Shown here in pieces: positions 25,792 to 38,892 of a stretch of DNA of 64,000 bases. The position numbers and the translations under genes are program-made. This DNA comes from Octopus vulgaris (Eukaryota). The notes beneath the pieces were generated by a model. The model was not told where the DNA came from and ran no database searches. It saw nothing but the letters and a program-made list of their open reading frames with translations. The first letter of the stretch is position 1; each line of letters starts with the position of its first letter. Location of the stretch: positions 116,126,001 to 116,190,000 of the forward strand of contig OX597819.1 of NCBI GenBank assembly GCA_951406725.2, given 5' to 3'.

Positions 25792-26823
25792 TGTAATCGA
25801 TGTAAATATATTTTCCTTAATATCAAATAACGTAATGATGAAAATATTTTTCTAATATTAAAAAGAAAAAAACATAAGCAGACGTTATTAATGAGAAAAA
25901 AAGAACTTTCTTTTTTACAAAATATAGTGAGTTTTAAAATTCAAATACATAACAAAAATCAGAAAAAGGATAAACTGTGTAGAAGAAGGCAATAAACATA
26001 TGAGGTATACATGATTAAAAAAAAAGTTTACGTAAGATTTCACTTATGAATTTTAAATGAAATTCTTCACATATTACGCCTTGAATTACATTCCAACTTG
26101 TAAAGTTTACAGCGTTAAAAGTAATAATGCGCAACCGCGTTTTAAACTAACTAAAATCCCAAATAGCTTCTCTGCATTTGATATTGAGGTCCGTTGATTA
26201 AGTATGATAATGATCACCCTCTCCTTATTTCTTTCTCTGTTCACACACAGGAACACTAACACATATAAATATATACCTACATGTTTCTGTTTTTGTTTTA
26301 TAATTCGTGAAACACTTTGTGTTCGTTTTTTTTTTCGTACCTTGTCTTCCTGTCATACGTTTCAAACGATATATATATATATATACAGATCCTGGTGAGC
26401 GTCGAATTCCAATAACCAACGGAAATCAGTTATGCCGAAAGAGAAAATTAGACTAAAAAGAGCACTTTACGAAATTAAGGTAGGGTCCTCTATGCATGAT
26501 ATAGGCCTTACAGAGTAACTAACAATTAATCTAATAAAGGGAAGGAGAAGTGAAGTAGATGTTGCGATGATTTCCATAAACGAATGTTGATTATACTATA
26601 CCACATATAATGTCATGTAATGCATGCAGTATATGAATCTTATATAATTAAATTACTGTGCATTCACTTCCTCGGTCATCGTGATCTGAAACACAAACAG
26701 CTTATAATTCTATATTGCATGGACTGCATAACTTTACATGTGGTGTGGAATGAACAAGGTTCTTTTACGGAAACGATCGTAACATGTTTGACTTCTATTT
26801 TTTTCTGAATTATACACACACAT

Positions 26824-26889
<66 letters not shown>

Positions 26890-26892
<3 letters not shown>

Positions 26893-27272
26893 GGTCCCGG
26901 GTTGAGTCGGGGTTAACCACAGTAAATAAGGTACTCAATACATAGCGGAGTAAATTAATTTATTTTATAGAAGGAGCTTCTACAGGACTAGAACTGTTTC
27001 ATTCAAAAGAAATCATCAGGAAGCTAGGTGACAAGAATAGTTTTGGCATTTATACATTTAAGCAGGTTTAAAGGGGTGGTGGTGGGGGACTTTTTGGGGT
27101 AGGCATGGCGCAAACTATCATTCTTAGGGGAGTGGTCAAAGGAATCAGTGATAAAGTAGATAAAAGAATAAATAGAATAATAGAGTTTAATGTAAATAAG
27201 GAGACTCTCACTTATACACACATATATATATATATATATACATATACACACACACACATATATATATATACA

Positions 27273-27305
<33 letters not shown>

Positions 27306-27323
27306 GTATATATATATACACAC

Positions 27324-27378
<55 letters not shown>

Positions 27379-27577
27379 CATATATACATACACATACACA
27401 CATACATCCATATACACATGTACATATGCACCCATTTACATACATCTACGTACACACCCATATCCATACTCATACATACACTCATATCTCTACACACATA
27501 TATAAAAAAAATATAAATATAAATACAAAACCAAATATAAAGGAGGATATACACCCCCATACACACACGCTCATATA

Positions 27578-27636
<59 letters not shown>

Positions 27637-28353
27637 ACACACATACATACACACACCTACATATATATATATATATACATACACACATACATACACATAC
27701 ATATGCACATACATGCACACACATACACACACGTTCCTTCCCTAATTTTAATTTTATCTTTATCTTTATCTTTATTTTTATTTTGACCTCGAACCACCAG
27801 GCCAGCTCTCCCAAGGGAGCTAGCCTGGTCGGCATAAAGACACCATTTATTGCCCTTCTCCCTTCCTTTCTATCTTTCTTCCACTGATACGGACACAAAC
27901 ACTCACACACGCATACACACACGCACGCACACTCATACACATACATAAACGCACGTGTTATATTCATATATACATAAGTGTACCGACTTTCACATAAACG
28001 TACACATAACTATGTACACACAAAACCACATACACATATATATACATATACATATATATACATACATATACATACACATATATATATACACATACACGCA
28101 CGCACATCTATCTACATATATAAAAAAAGAAACCCAACAAGTCCATACATATACACACATACACATACATACATATACACGTATATATACTCATACATAT
28201 ATACACATATATACACATATATACACATACACCTATATACACACATGTATATATATATATATATATATTCCTGCTTCCATTTCCTGAGCGCCTATTAATA
28301 ATAATACTGTAATTGTTCCATTGTTGTTGTTTTTTTGTTTTCCCGTTTGGATT

Positions 28354-28392
<39 letters not shown>

Positions 28393-28505
28393 CATACATA
28401 TACGTACACACACATCTACATACACATACATATACATCCGTACACACACCCTATTACATACATACATCGACACGGAGGTATACAGGCATCTACACACATG
28501 CATAT

Positions 28506-28552
<47 letters not shown>

Positions 28553-28901
28553 CACACGAACGCACAGAAATACACATATATACGCATATATACATCAATA
28601 CACATACGCATACATAAATGTATACATATGTATATACATATGCATACACATACACACACACACGCGCATCTATATTTACATAAATACATACATGCATACA
28701 AACATATACATATATACATACATGCATACTCAAATAATAAATATAAATATATATACGTGCAATTACCTATCATACAGACGGATGCATACATATAAACATA
28801 TAAACATACACATATATACCTATTTACACATATGTATATATACATACATACATACACATACACATAAAACTACATACCTACATATACATAAACACACAGG
28901 C

Positions 28902-28945
<44 letters not shown>

Positions 28946-29066
28946 ACATACATACACACACACATATATATACACACATATATATACATACATATACATG
29001 TATGTAAATACACGCACACATACATATATACACATATATATACACACACACATATATACACACATG

Positions 29067-29098
<32 letters not shown>

Positions 29099-29251
29099 CA
29101 CATACATATACATACACACACATCTACATACACATACATATACATCCGTACGCACACCCTTATACATACATACATCCACACAGAGGTATACAGGCATATA
29201 CACACATACACATACACACACATATACATATATATATATACATATATATAT

Positions 29252-29298
<47 letters not shown>

Positions 29299-29510
29299 CA
29301 TATATATATATACATACGAACACACACAAATAAACATATATACACATATATTCACCAATACACATAGGCATACATAAAAGTACACACACACACGCGCATC
29401 ATATATATATGACAAATAGGGAAAATGAGAAGGATATAGATTAATGAAATGACGACATACAGGACAGGAGTAAAGGAATAAGGAAATGAACAATCAAAAC
29501 CCCATATCTT
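26890..29510 (-). mobile_element. Second Penelope-pLTR/retrozyme-like element (relative of 2824-5390)
   Basis: Begins at a (TA)n edge with gtaggtcccgggttgagtcggggttaaccacagtaa; shares the HHR and the ccctaattttaatttt block; interior is degenerate (CA/TA)n. The right boundary is approximate. Confidence 0.6.
26975..27025 (-). ncRNA. Minimal type I hammerhead ribozyme motif
   Basis: Minus strand: AGCUUC-CUGAUGA-u-UUC-uuuu-GAA-u-GAAA-CAG-uucuaguc-CUG-UA-GAAGCU. It differs from 2910-2960 only at N7 and loop positions. Confidence 0.82.
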
Positions 29511-29547
29511 GTATGTATATATATAAACATACATGTGTATACATATA

Positions 29548-29586
<39 letters not shown>

Positions 29587-29605
29587 ATACATGTGTATAC
29601 ATATA

Positions 29606-29654
<49 letters not shown>

Positions 29655-29771
29655 CTCTCTTCCTTCCCTCTCTTTATATATATATGTATATATATAATAA
29701 TATAAATTATATATACATATATGCATATATACATACATATATTTACATACCTACATATATATGTATATATA

Positions 29772-30110
29772 TGGGTACAGGACATCAAAAAAAGTTGAAC
29801 AAAATGAGAAACGAAAACATACAAAATCATAGAAACGAACTTCTTTTCAAACAACGAAAAAAAAAACAAAACATAGAAAAACGAAACATACAACATAAAG
29901 AATATTCCCCCTTCATTCAATTGTCCCTGTTTCATCTACTCCTCGTTTGAAGGTAAGGACAAGACGCGACTTCTGTGAAACTATTCTTCCCGCAAAGCAA
30001 TTTAAATAAAATTTGTGATTTTTTGCGGAGGGTGAAAGTGGTAACAAGAACAGGACAGTGAGAACAAAACAGTAAAAAATGTAAAAGACAAAACGATGAG
30101 AACAATGAGT
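29772..30110 (-). mobile_element. (TA)n-flanked repeat related to the 48573-51693 unit, carrying a decayed rearranged hammerhead
   Basis: Shares the terminal motif gtacaggacatcaaaa, an A-rich spacer, the HHR-like block and the downstream aatt.aaataaaatt with the 48.6-51.7 kb repeat. Confidence 0.65.
29907..29968 (-). ncRNA. Rearranged (non-circularly permuted) hammerhead-like motif, decayed
   Basis: Minus strand: CGCGU-C-UUGUCC-uua-CCUUC-[g]AAA-CGAG-linker-GGACAA-uUGAaUGA-a-GGGGG. The GUC triplet and 6-bp helix I are intact; the core carries mutations. Confidence 0.6.
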
Positions 30111-30482
30111 TATATATATATAAAAGTAAGGTTGTGTGTCCGTCTCCTACGATTTAGATTCCTAACTACTCCCACATTTTGCGGTGCAGTTTAACCAAAA
30201 CCGGGTATCTTATAGTCGTGATTCATATCGAGCCCTTCTGGGTATTAGCGCGCGTCTACGAGTCTACGATTAAAAAAAAAATTACCATAATTTTTTTCCA
30301 TTTTAATGCATTTTTTCGCTATTATATAAGGGAAGTAACTCTCTAATAATGTCTACGATGAGACAACGATTTGGAAAAAAAATTACCATCATTTTTTTGC
30401 TATTTTTGGGCTATAACTCTCTAAAAATGCTTATATAGTTATTTCCCTTACAAACCCGAGCAACGCCGGGCGATACTGCTGG
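30111..30482 (+). mobile_element. Non-autonomous Helitron (same family as 14884-15280)
   Basis: Near-identical body; 3' hairpin cccgagcaacgccggg and a CTGG end. Confidence 0.85.
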
Positions 30483-31287
30483 TATATATATATATGTTAT
30501 GCACTATCGGGGACAGAAACTGACGCTGGTTATAAATTTTCACAGCACACACCCATCTAAACAAGCGGAGAGTGAGAGAAGGGGAGAGAGAGAGAGCAAG
30601 AGAAAGAGGGTGATGGCGGAAAAGAGAAGGGGAGGGGGAGAGAAGAGTGAGTAAGTGAGAGAGCGAGAAAGAAAGAGGAAGAGGGAGAGAGAAGGAGTAA
30701 AACATTTAAATCCGTTGAAACAGACGATAACCGGCATTGTCTGACAAGCTTTCATAAGAAATTTCCCTGCGGTGTTCTATATATAAGTTGTGGTGTGGTG
30801 AAGAATAAAGAATCTAATTCTTCTTTCTCTTTTACTCGTCGAAAGTGAAGAATAAACTACAAAAAATTTAACATGCAACTTTGTTATATACAACGGCCAT
30901 TCATCGATAAAATCTGGTCGATCTTCATCAGAATTACAGATGGTATTATCTCTAGCACACTGACATTAGTGAGCCTTGATACATGTCTATAATCCAAGGC
31001 GTTGAAACCATGAATACGGCAAAATACCTGAATTTACCATTCATGATAAAAGCTTTGACAACAGCGAGAAAGTGTTGGACTGTTCAAACACGTAATAGTA
31101 ATTACGATAAGACATTACCGAATTTACATCTTCCTAACTACACTAACATCATGCCAATGACCGTGGAAAATATCAGAGACCATTTTTTTTTCTTTTTGCA
31201 CCATGTATTTTTGCGAGCGGGATTGGATTAGTTACTTTGTCCATCTGTAGAATATAGGCACCTTGTATTTATTTGGAGCAAAATAAG

Positions 31288-31362
31288 TAATATGGCGGCG
31301 TGCTGGGAAAAGTAACATGGCGGCGTGCTGGGAAAAATAACATGGCGGCGTGCTGCGAAAAT
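31288..31362 (+). repeat. 3 x 25-bp tandem repeat at the head of a decayed family-B SINE
   Basis: Unit taa(c/t)atggcggcgtgctg(g/c)gaaaa(g/a/t), followed by decayed family-B sequence to ~31500. Confidence 0.8.
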
Positions 31363-32326
31363 CTGTAGCACAGCGGGCTAGGCGGCATTTCACACGTCTT
31401 TGTGTTCTACTTCGATCTACTTTTCTACTTCTCATTCAGTCGGGGTCGATAAAATAAGTAGCGGTTGAGCACTGTAGTTGATGTAATCGACTCATCATTC
31501 CTTCCAAATGGCTAGCTTTTCACCACTGAAATTTGGAGATAATATTTATTTTCAAATTTTGCAAATTTTCACCGAAGTCAGCGAAGTCGAATGAATTTCA
31601 CACAATTAGTTCAGACAACCTCAAAGAGTTCCAAGTTTTCCCCAATAAGTTATATGAAGTCAGTTGTTAAGTCAGCTCAATCATACGACTGATTATGAAA
31701 CATTGATCTGCTATTTGGGATTTTTGTGGGAAAACTCTTTTCAATATTTCATTACCCACTTTGTCAGAAGTCGAGTGCTGCAGGAAAATCATAGGCAAGG
31801 TCAAAATTCAAGACTGCAGGTGTTTTGGAGTGGAGTCGGTATAAATAATAATATAGAAAGTGGGTTTATGTGACAATATGGATAATGAAGGGAAAGAAGC
31901 ATGTGATTTTGAAATATCTGAATTAAAGTTACATGATATTAAGTATTTATGAAAGGCCTAGACCATTAAGAAAAAAGGTAAATTTGGAGACAACAATCCA
32001 GGACCAGGAATTGGAATGAGAAGTAAGCAATTCTATACCGAGCCTATTGGTTTTCTTTGGATACTGTCTCGGGAGACTGAATACAGCAGCATGATCCCAT
32101 GCATAGGAGCAGTACACTATTTCGGCTCTAACCCTTCTGAGCAATGTATAGTTTTCTTCGTTGCTGGTTGTTCAAGTATTCAAAAAAACAATTTTTTAAA
32201 AGTCTAGTTTTGAAATGCAATGTTGGGTTACACGACAGAGGCTATCATTAATATGAAACTTATCATTTGTAGCTATCTCGAGGGTTCCTGTTGCATGTTG
32301 TTTAAGCGTTGGCTACAGATGGTCAA

Positions 32327-32893
32327 AGCGAGTGGCTTAGTCGTTAGGGTATACAGTTCACGATTGTTAGGTAGTAAGTTCCTTCCTTGGTGGTGTGTTG
32401 CATCCTTGAACGAGACCTATTTCCCGTTACTCCAGTGCACTCAAAATAAAAATAAATGCGCCCTTTTAAAGCCTAGCCAGTCTCATGGGCTCGGTTTCCC
32501 AGTTTCAAGGGCGTATGTGTTCCCCAACACATATGTGTTGGGGAACACATACGCAGCGTTACTCACTTTTGTCAGCTGAGTGGACTGGAGCAACGTGAAA
32601 TGAAGTGTTTTGCTCAAGAACACAACGTTCACCCGCTCCAGGAATCGAAACTACAATCTTACGATCAAGATGTTAACACCCTAACCACTAAACCACGCGC
32701 CTCCACCCAGTGCACTCATCTGGCAAAAATGGGTTGATCCTGTAATTCAAAGGGCCAAGGTTATTACATTCTGCGTCAGGTTGTATCTCTTTGAGAACTA
32801 CGTTAAAGGTACGCATATTTGTGGAGTGCTCAGCCGCTTGCAAATTAATTTCAAGTCAGCTGGAACATTCGTCGTCGTAACCGTCGGAATGCT
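32327..32893 (+). mobile_element. Older family-C-related SINE interrupted by a nested SINE
   Basis: tRNA-like head near 32327; 3' part (gagaactacgttaa.ggtac...ggagtgctcagcc...tcgtcgtcgtaaccg.cgga) matches the family C tail. Confidence 0.7.
32444..32706 (-). mobile_element. Nested tRNA-derived SINE with 12-bp TSD
   Basis: Head gtggaggcgcgtggtttagtggttaggg on the minus strand; TSD ccagtgcactca at 32432-32443 and 32707-32718. Confidence 0.85.
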
Positions 32894-34624
32894 TTTCTTT
32901 ATTATATTTGAATGTAGGTATTTGTGTGGCGAGTCTTGGATATTACGCAAGCGCGCAGATGTTCTTACATAGGTTCGTTATAACTCAAGATGGTAGAAAT
33001 CAGCGGAAACAAACTGACGAGCGAATCGTTAGCCTGCAGTTAGAAGTTCGATTCCTTCCAGAGGAAAAGCTGCATATAATATTCTAACTCGATAGCCGAG
33101 GAAATACAGACCTCGGCAACGTAACTCTATGAAGACGGGATATAATCACCAGCAAGTTGGATCCAGAAAGAGATATTATCTTAGGTTTCAGAGTTGAGAT
33201 GTTATTTCATTAACTGCTATCTACCGGTTATAACAAAGGACTTAAAGAAAGCTAACATGTTTGTATACAATGAAAACTTTTTCGCAATAAACGTACCGTT
33301 AGTATATCAAAGAAAATTATGCATTCAAATTTGAGAATGTAGGATCTAATATCTTTCAAACATTATAAGGATTGTAGCCACAATCAAATACCAAGCGAGA
33401 ATTAATGAAAGCAAAATGCATAGCAAAGTAATTGATAATATAGTGATATTATTTAGAATATTTCGGATTCCTAATAGCACAATAGGTGACAGAACCTGCT
33501 GCATTTTATTCAGAATATATATACTGAAATATTTCTTAGTATTATATGGATTTCAAAGCTTCGTCGCTATTGAATTGATAATACAAGCCATAATTTACTT
33601 TTACCTTGTAAAACTCAATTTATGTATATCTTCAAGCTATATCTACTTTATGTATTTGTAACTAAACTTCTCCTGAAATTGAAAGCAATATAAGAGAAAG
33701 AGAAAAAAGAAAGAATCAGAAGAATTTCAAAAGCTTCCATTTGGTTACGTTTATTTGAACATAACATATACGAAGTAATGGTTTGTAGTATTAATATGAA
33801 AGAAATTAGCAGAACTTTATGTTCTTCAAACGTACAAATTCACTTCCACATATAGGTATGTATTTATAAATATGAACGTATATGTATATTCATGAAGGAA
33901 CGGATATGCCTACGTACATAAGTAAATATATGTAAATACATATACACGCACAGACATATACATATATGTGTACATATGTATAATCTTTCTATATGATTAT
34001 GCAGATAGCAGTTACACATATTTGTGTGTGTGTATGTATCTAAATACATAGTCACACGGACACAGTCACTCACACACACAAACACACAAACACACATGCA
34101 CACACACACGTGCACACACACATCTACATATATGTATACACAACTATAGTATACATATATGTGCATCTAACGATATATATATATGTGGAAATATAAGCAT
34201 GTGTATGCATCAATATATGTATATATATGTGTGTGTGTGTGTCTGTGTGTTCGTGTGTGTGTATGAGGGCGTGTGTGCATATATCCACGCATGCAAGCAT
34301 ACGTATGTAAACGCAAACATATATACACATATCACACAACAAATAGCTTTCTATCTACAAACTTTTGTCATGACACAGAACGTACACACAAATCCAAATA
34401 CACACACATGCAAATACGCACACAGACATACACACATACACACACATAGACGCATAGGGAAAGAGAGTGTCTCACACACGTTTTATTACAACCTCTACTA
34501 CGCTCCTTTGTTCGGTCAATGTTTTTAATGAGATTCCGAAACCTATGTTATACTCAGCAGACAATAACATTAAATTTATGAAATATCATATATTATATAT
34601 AACTACACACACACTCACACACAC

Positions 34625-34676
<52 letters not shown>

Positions 34677-36593
34677 ACACACACGCACACACACACAAAC
34701 ACACACACATACGCACGCACATACACAAATGCACAAACACACACATATACGCACACACACACACATATACACATATGTATCTATTTATTACATTATATAA
34801 TACATGGATTTTACTTGTGTTTTTTATATGTTCAATTCTAAGACAATTAAATCTAATTCTGTACCGTAGTTTTATTCCAGACTTTGTAGCACGGTGTGTG
34901 GAATAAAATCCACATTTCACAAAGTATTTGATTCCCGTTCATTGCAAGATGATTCCATGTTTATAATTTTACTGATGCCTCTCAGTCAAACTAAATCACT
35001 GTCTTTTCATCCGAAAGGATAACAAAAACGTCTGTAAACAAATATTTCACAGCTATAAATTTTATAATTCATAATGTATGAGAAATATACCAAATATTTT
35101 TTTCTCTTTGTTTTCATTTATTCTCATCGCCATACATAGTTTACCTAACTTCTATTCATTACTCAAAGTGTTTCAAGCATATTCACCATTTATGTATACA
35201 AACGCGCACACGTATGTACACACATGCACACATATGGACAGACATATGCTTTATACACGAAGTGGGCTATGTATTTTGGGTAATGTACATATAAATCTTA
35301 CGTTTATATATTTGTTTTGCAAGATTTTTGATAGACACACATAGAGATATACGCACGCGCAAATGAAGACACATACAATAGAAATACAAAATACAAAATG
35401 GCTGACCGTTAGTAAGGAGAGACACACAAATAAGAAAGAAGAAAGCAAAGGACCACTGATGCAGTTACAGGAGTGTGACGAAAGAACTCTGGCCGAAATA
35501 AGATAAAGATTAATGTAAAAAATAAATAACGCTGAAGCAAAGTAACACCAAATATATAGTGCGTGTGTTTTTATTGGCTAAGCTGGCAAAATGACCATTC
35601 CTAAATACAAAAATACATATGAATCTTATCAGAAATATAAGTCGCACTTACATTCGTACTTATGGTATATCTCTAGCCATTGCAATGCAGGTTTGAACAA
35701 TAAACTTCAATGTATCTGTCGTCGTTATTAAGATAATCTCTCAGTTTTCTTGAAGCGATATGTTATCAGTTTTCTGTGGCAAGAAAGTGTTTCGTAATCC
35801 AAAAGTCACCGAAAACATTGCATTATAGTTATTTTGCCGGAATGGAATGCCTAAGAATGGATTGTAAATTTTAAAATAGATGGACAAATGCACCACATTT
35901 GTTCAGCTGGATATCCAAAACGGAAATGTTCTAATGACAGGATTACAGGAATCTGTGATATAATTTTTTTGAAACAATGAATTCTTGTTGATGAAGTAGA
36001 AAAATAATAATATACATATTACACCCGAATCTGCCTATGGGCTCTTAGAAAGTTATATCCGTTGAAATCTGTGGGAAAGAACGATTTCCAAGACAATACA
36101 AAACTGAAGTAGGAAAAATTGCTTTGAGAACTCTCAGTGGAGTTTAAATAGTTTTTTTCTGTTAGTGGTAGAGTTAAAGTGTTTGCAAATCAGGGAAAAC
36201 TAGTCAACGCGTTTGAGGTCAGGGAGCCCGTTGTTTTGTATTATAAATTTACATACAACGTGCATGATGTTTCATCGAGAGAATATATAAAACTAGGATA
36301 AGTCTTGCATGTGATAAATAGCTTTGTGATATAATATAATATAATATGATGTAATATAATATAGTATATGCTACATGCATAGATTATTATCGTTTATTCA
36401 AGTGAGGATTAGTGAAAATTTAGTAATATACTTTGGGCAGTTGTAAACAAATATGGGGTATATACAACTTTATATTAATCAGGAGAGGCTCTCATTAGCA
36501 GTAAAGTTTCGTACTCTTAAAGGATTATTATGAAATTGTTATTAAAAGCACTCTTATTTGGTACAATTAAAACAAGTACACTGATTTGCTCCC

Positions 36594-36811
36594 TTTTACT
36601 CTTTTATTTGTTTCAGTCATTTGACTGCGGCCAAGCTGGAGCACCGCCTCTAGTCGAGCAATTCGACCCCAGGACTTAATCTTTGTAAGCCTAGTACTTA
36701 TTCTATCGGTCTCTTTTGCCGAACCGCTGGGTTTCGAGGACGTAAACACACCAGCATCGGTTTCAAGCGATGTTGGGAGGGGGGGGCAAACGCAGACACT
36801 GAAACACACAC

Positions 36812-36858
<47 letters not shown>

Positions 36859-37013
36859 TACAACGGGCTTCTTTCAGTTTCCGTCTACCAAATCCACTCA
36901 CAAGGCTTTGGGCGGCCCGAGGCTATAGTAGAAGACACTTACCCAACGTGCCACGCAGTGGGACTGAACCCGGAACCATGTGGTTTGTAAGCAAGCTACT
37001 TACCACAAGCCCT
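36594..37013 (-). mobile_element. SINE family A
   Basis: Reverse complement of family A with internal (TA)n. Confidence 0.9.
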
Positions 37014-37026
37014 ATATATATATATG

Positions 37027-37081
<55 letters not shown>

Positions 37082-37619
37082 ATAAATATTGCGTTGATCT
37101 ATTAAATTATTCTCTTTTTCGCTTTTCTACACATACACTACCACTCTCTGCCATTCCATAGCGCGCTGCATTGATATACCACATACTTAGAACAATGCAG
37201 TTAAGTCTATTTATTCGCCAATCCTAACCATCTAAATTTGTATTTTTGTGAAATAAATATATCTATTTTCGTATATATAGACGACGAATTCTTGTCTTAT
37301 TGTCAATCTGTTACAGACAAGTAAATGTCGTTTACACAAATAGAAAATCGCGTTTTTCTATTTGTGGAGAAAAATAGAAGAATAAAATTTTTTCACTTTT
37401 ATTTCAGAAGAAAAGTTAAAATTTGGCTACATGAAACCCATGTACAAAGACGCTCTTTTATTTTTGACTATTAATAACTTTAAAATATATAGAATCATTG
37501 CAACAAGTATTTTATTACTAGTTTTGGTAAAATAACCGAAACTTTCTTGGGATCAAATAACACTATTTTTATTTTCTGAAATAAATTTTTAAATCTAATA
37601 ACTGCGGAATTTAAGAAAC

Positions 37620-37755
37620 GAATGGCTGTGTGGTAAGAAGATTGTTTACCAACCACATAGTTCCGAGTTCAGTGGCACTTGGGGCAATTATCTTCTAGTA
37701 GAGCTTCGGGTAGACCGAAGCTTGATAGACGGAAACCGAAAGAAGCTCGACGTAT
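37620..37755 (+). mobile_element. SINE family A, decayed 5' half
   Basis: gaatggctgtgtggtaagaag...gagttcagt...gacggaaaccgaaagaagctcgacg, then (TA)n. Confidence 0.7.
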
Positions 37756-37869
37756 ATATATATATATATATATACTGAATCGAAACATATAACAAACAAG
37801 TAAAAAGCATTAACGCGAGGACGTGGTAGAAGTAATGTATTATCAGACGCTCAGGAAAGGAAGGAAAGA

Positions 37870-37918
37870 GGATTTAACGCTTCGAGCTAAGCTCTTGTTC
37901 AGAAATAGATGTAAATCC
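37870..37918 (-). ncRNA. Degenerate minimal hammerhead-like motif in a short (TA)n-flanked repeat
   Basis: Minus strand: AUUU-CUGAaCA-a-GAGC-uua-GCUC-GAAg-CG-UU-AAAU. There are two core substitutions (G8C, A15.1G), and the flanks ggauuua/uaaaucc are complementary. Confidence 0.45.
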
Positions 37919-38554
37919 AAAGGAAGGGAAGACGGAGGAAGAAAATCGCCAACGATACACACATGGTTTATTTATATATATATAGTTGAAAATATGTGGA
38001 AAAAAATATAAAAAGTGGAAGAGAAATGCCTTCGTTTCATATAGGTTGATATCTTTTTATAAATACATACATATCATATGGATGTCGTGAAATCCAACTA
38101 GTTTTCGCTATTCAAATTACCTTTTCAAGGGACATTGTACAGTATTCAGTATTCAGGGGTCTCGTCATTTAAGAAGAATGAGTCCAGAGAGTGAACCAAG
38201 TAAAGTCAGGCTTGGCCGAACACCGGTCACTTGGAAGGAGTGGAGAGAGGTAGAAGCAGAGGGATAGAATAATTAGGGAGGGGCGAGAAAATAAGGACAG
38301 AGTAAAGTGAAAGAGGAGGGAAGGTGAGAATCTTTTCTACTTTAGGGACAATGACAGAAGTTTTGGGGGGAGGAGCCCAGTTGATTAGATCGACCTCAGT
38401 ACGCAAGTGGTACTTAGTTTATCGACCCCGACAGGATGAAAGGTAAAGTCGAGGCCAGGAAATGTGAGAGAGGGGGAGCGAAAGAAAGAAGAGTGGAAAG
38501 AACGAAGTGTGAAGGGAATGAAAGAAAGAAAGAATGAAAGAATAAGAGAGTCGT

Positions 38555-38892
<338 letters not shown>

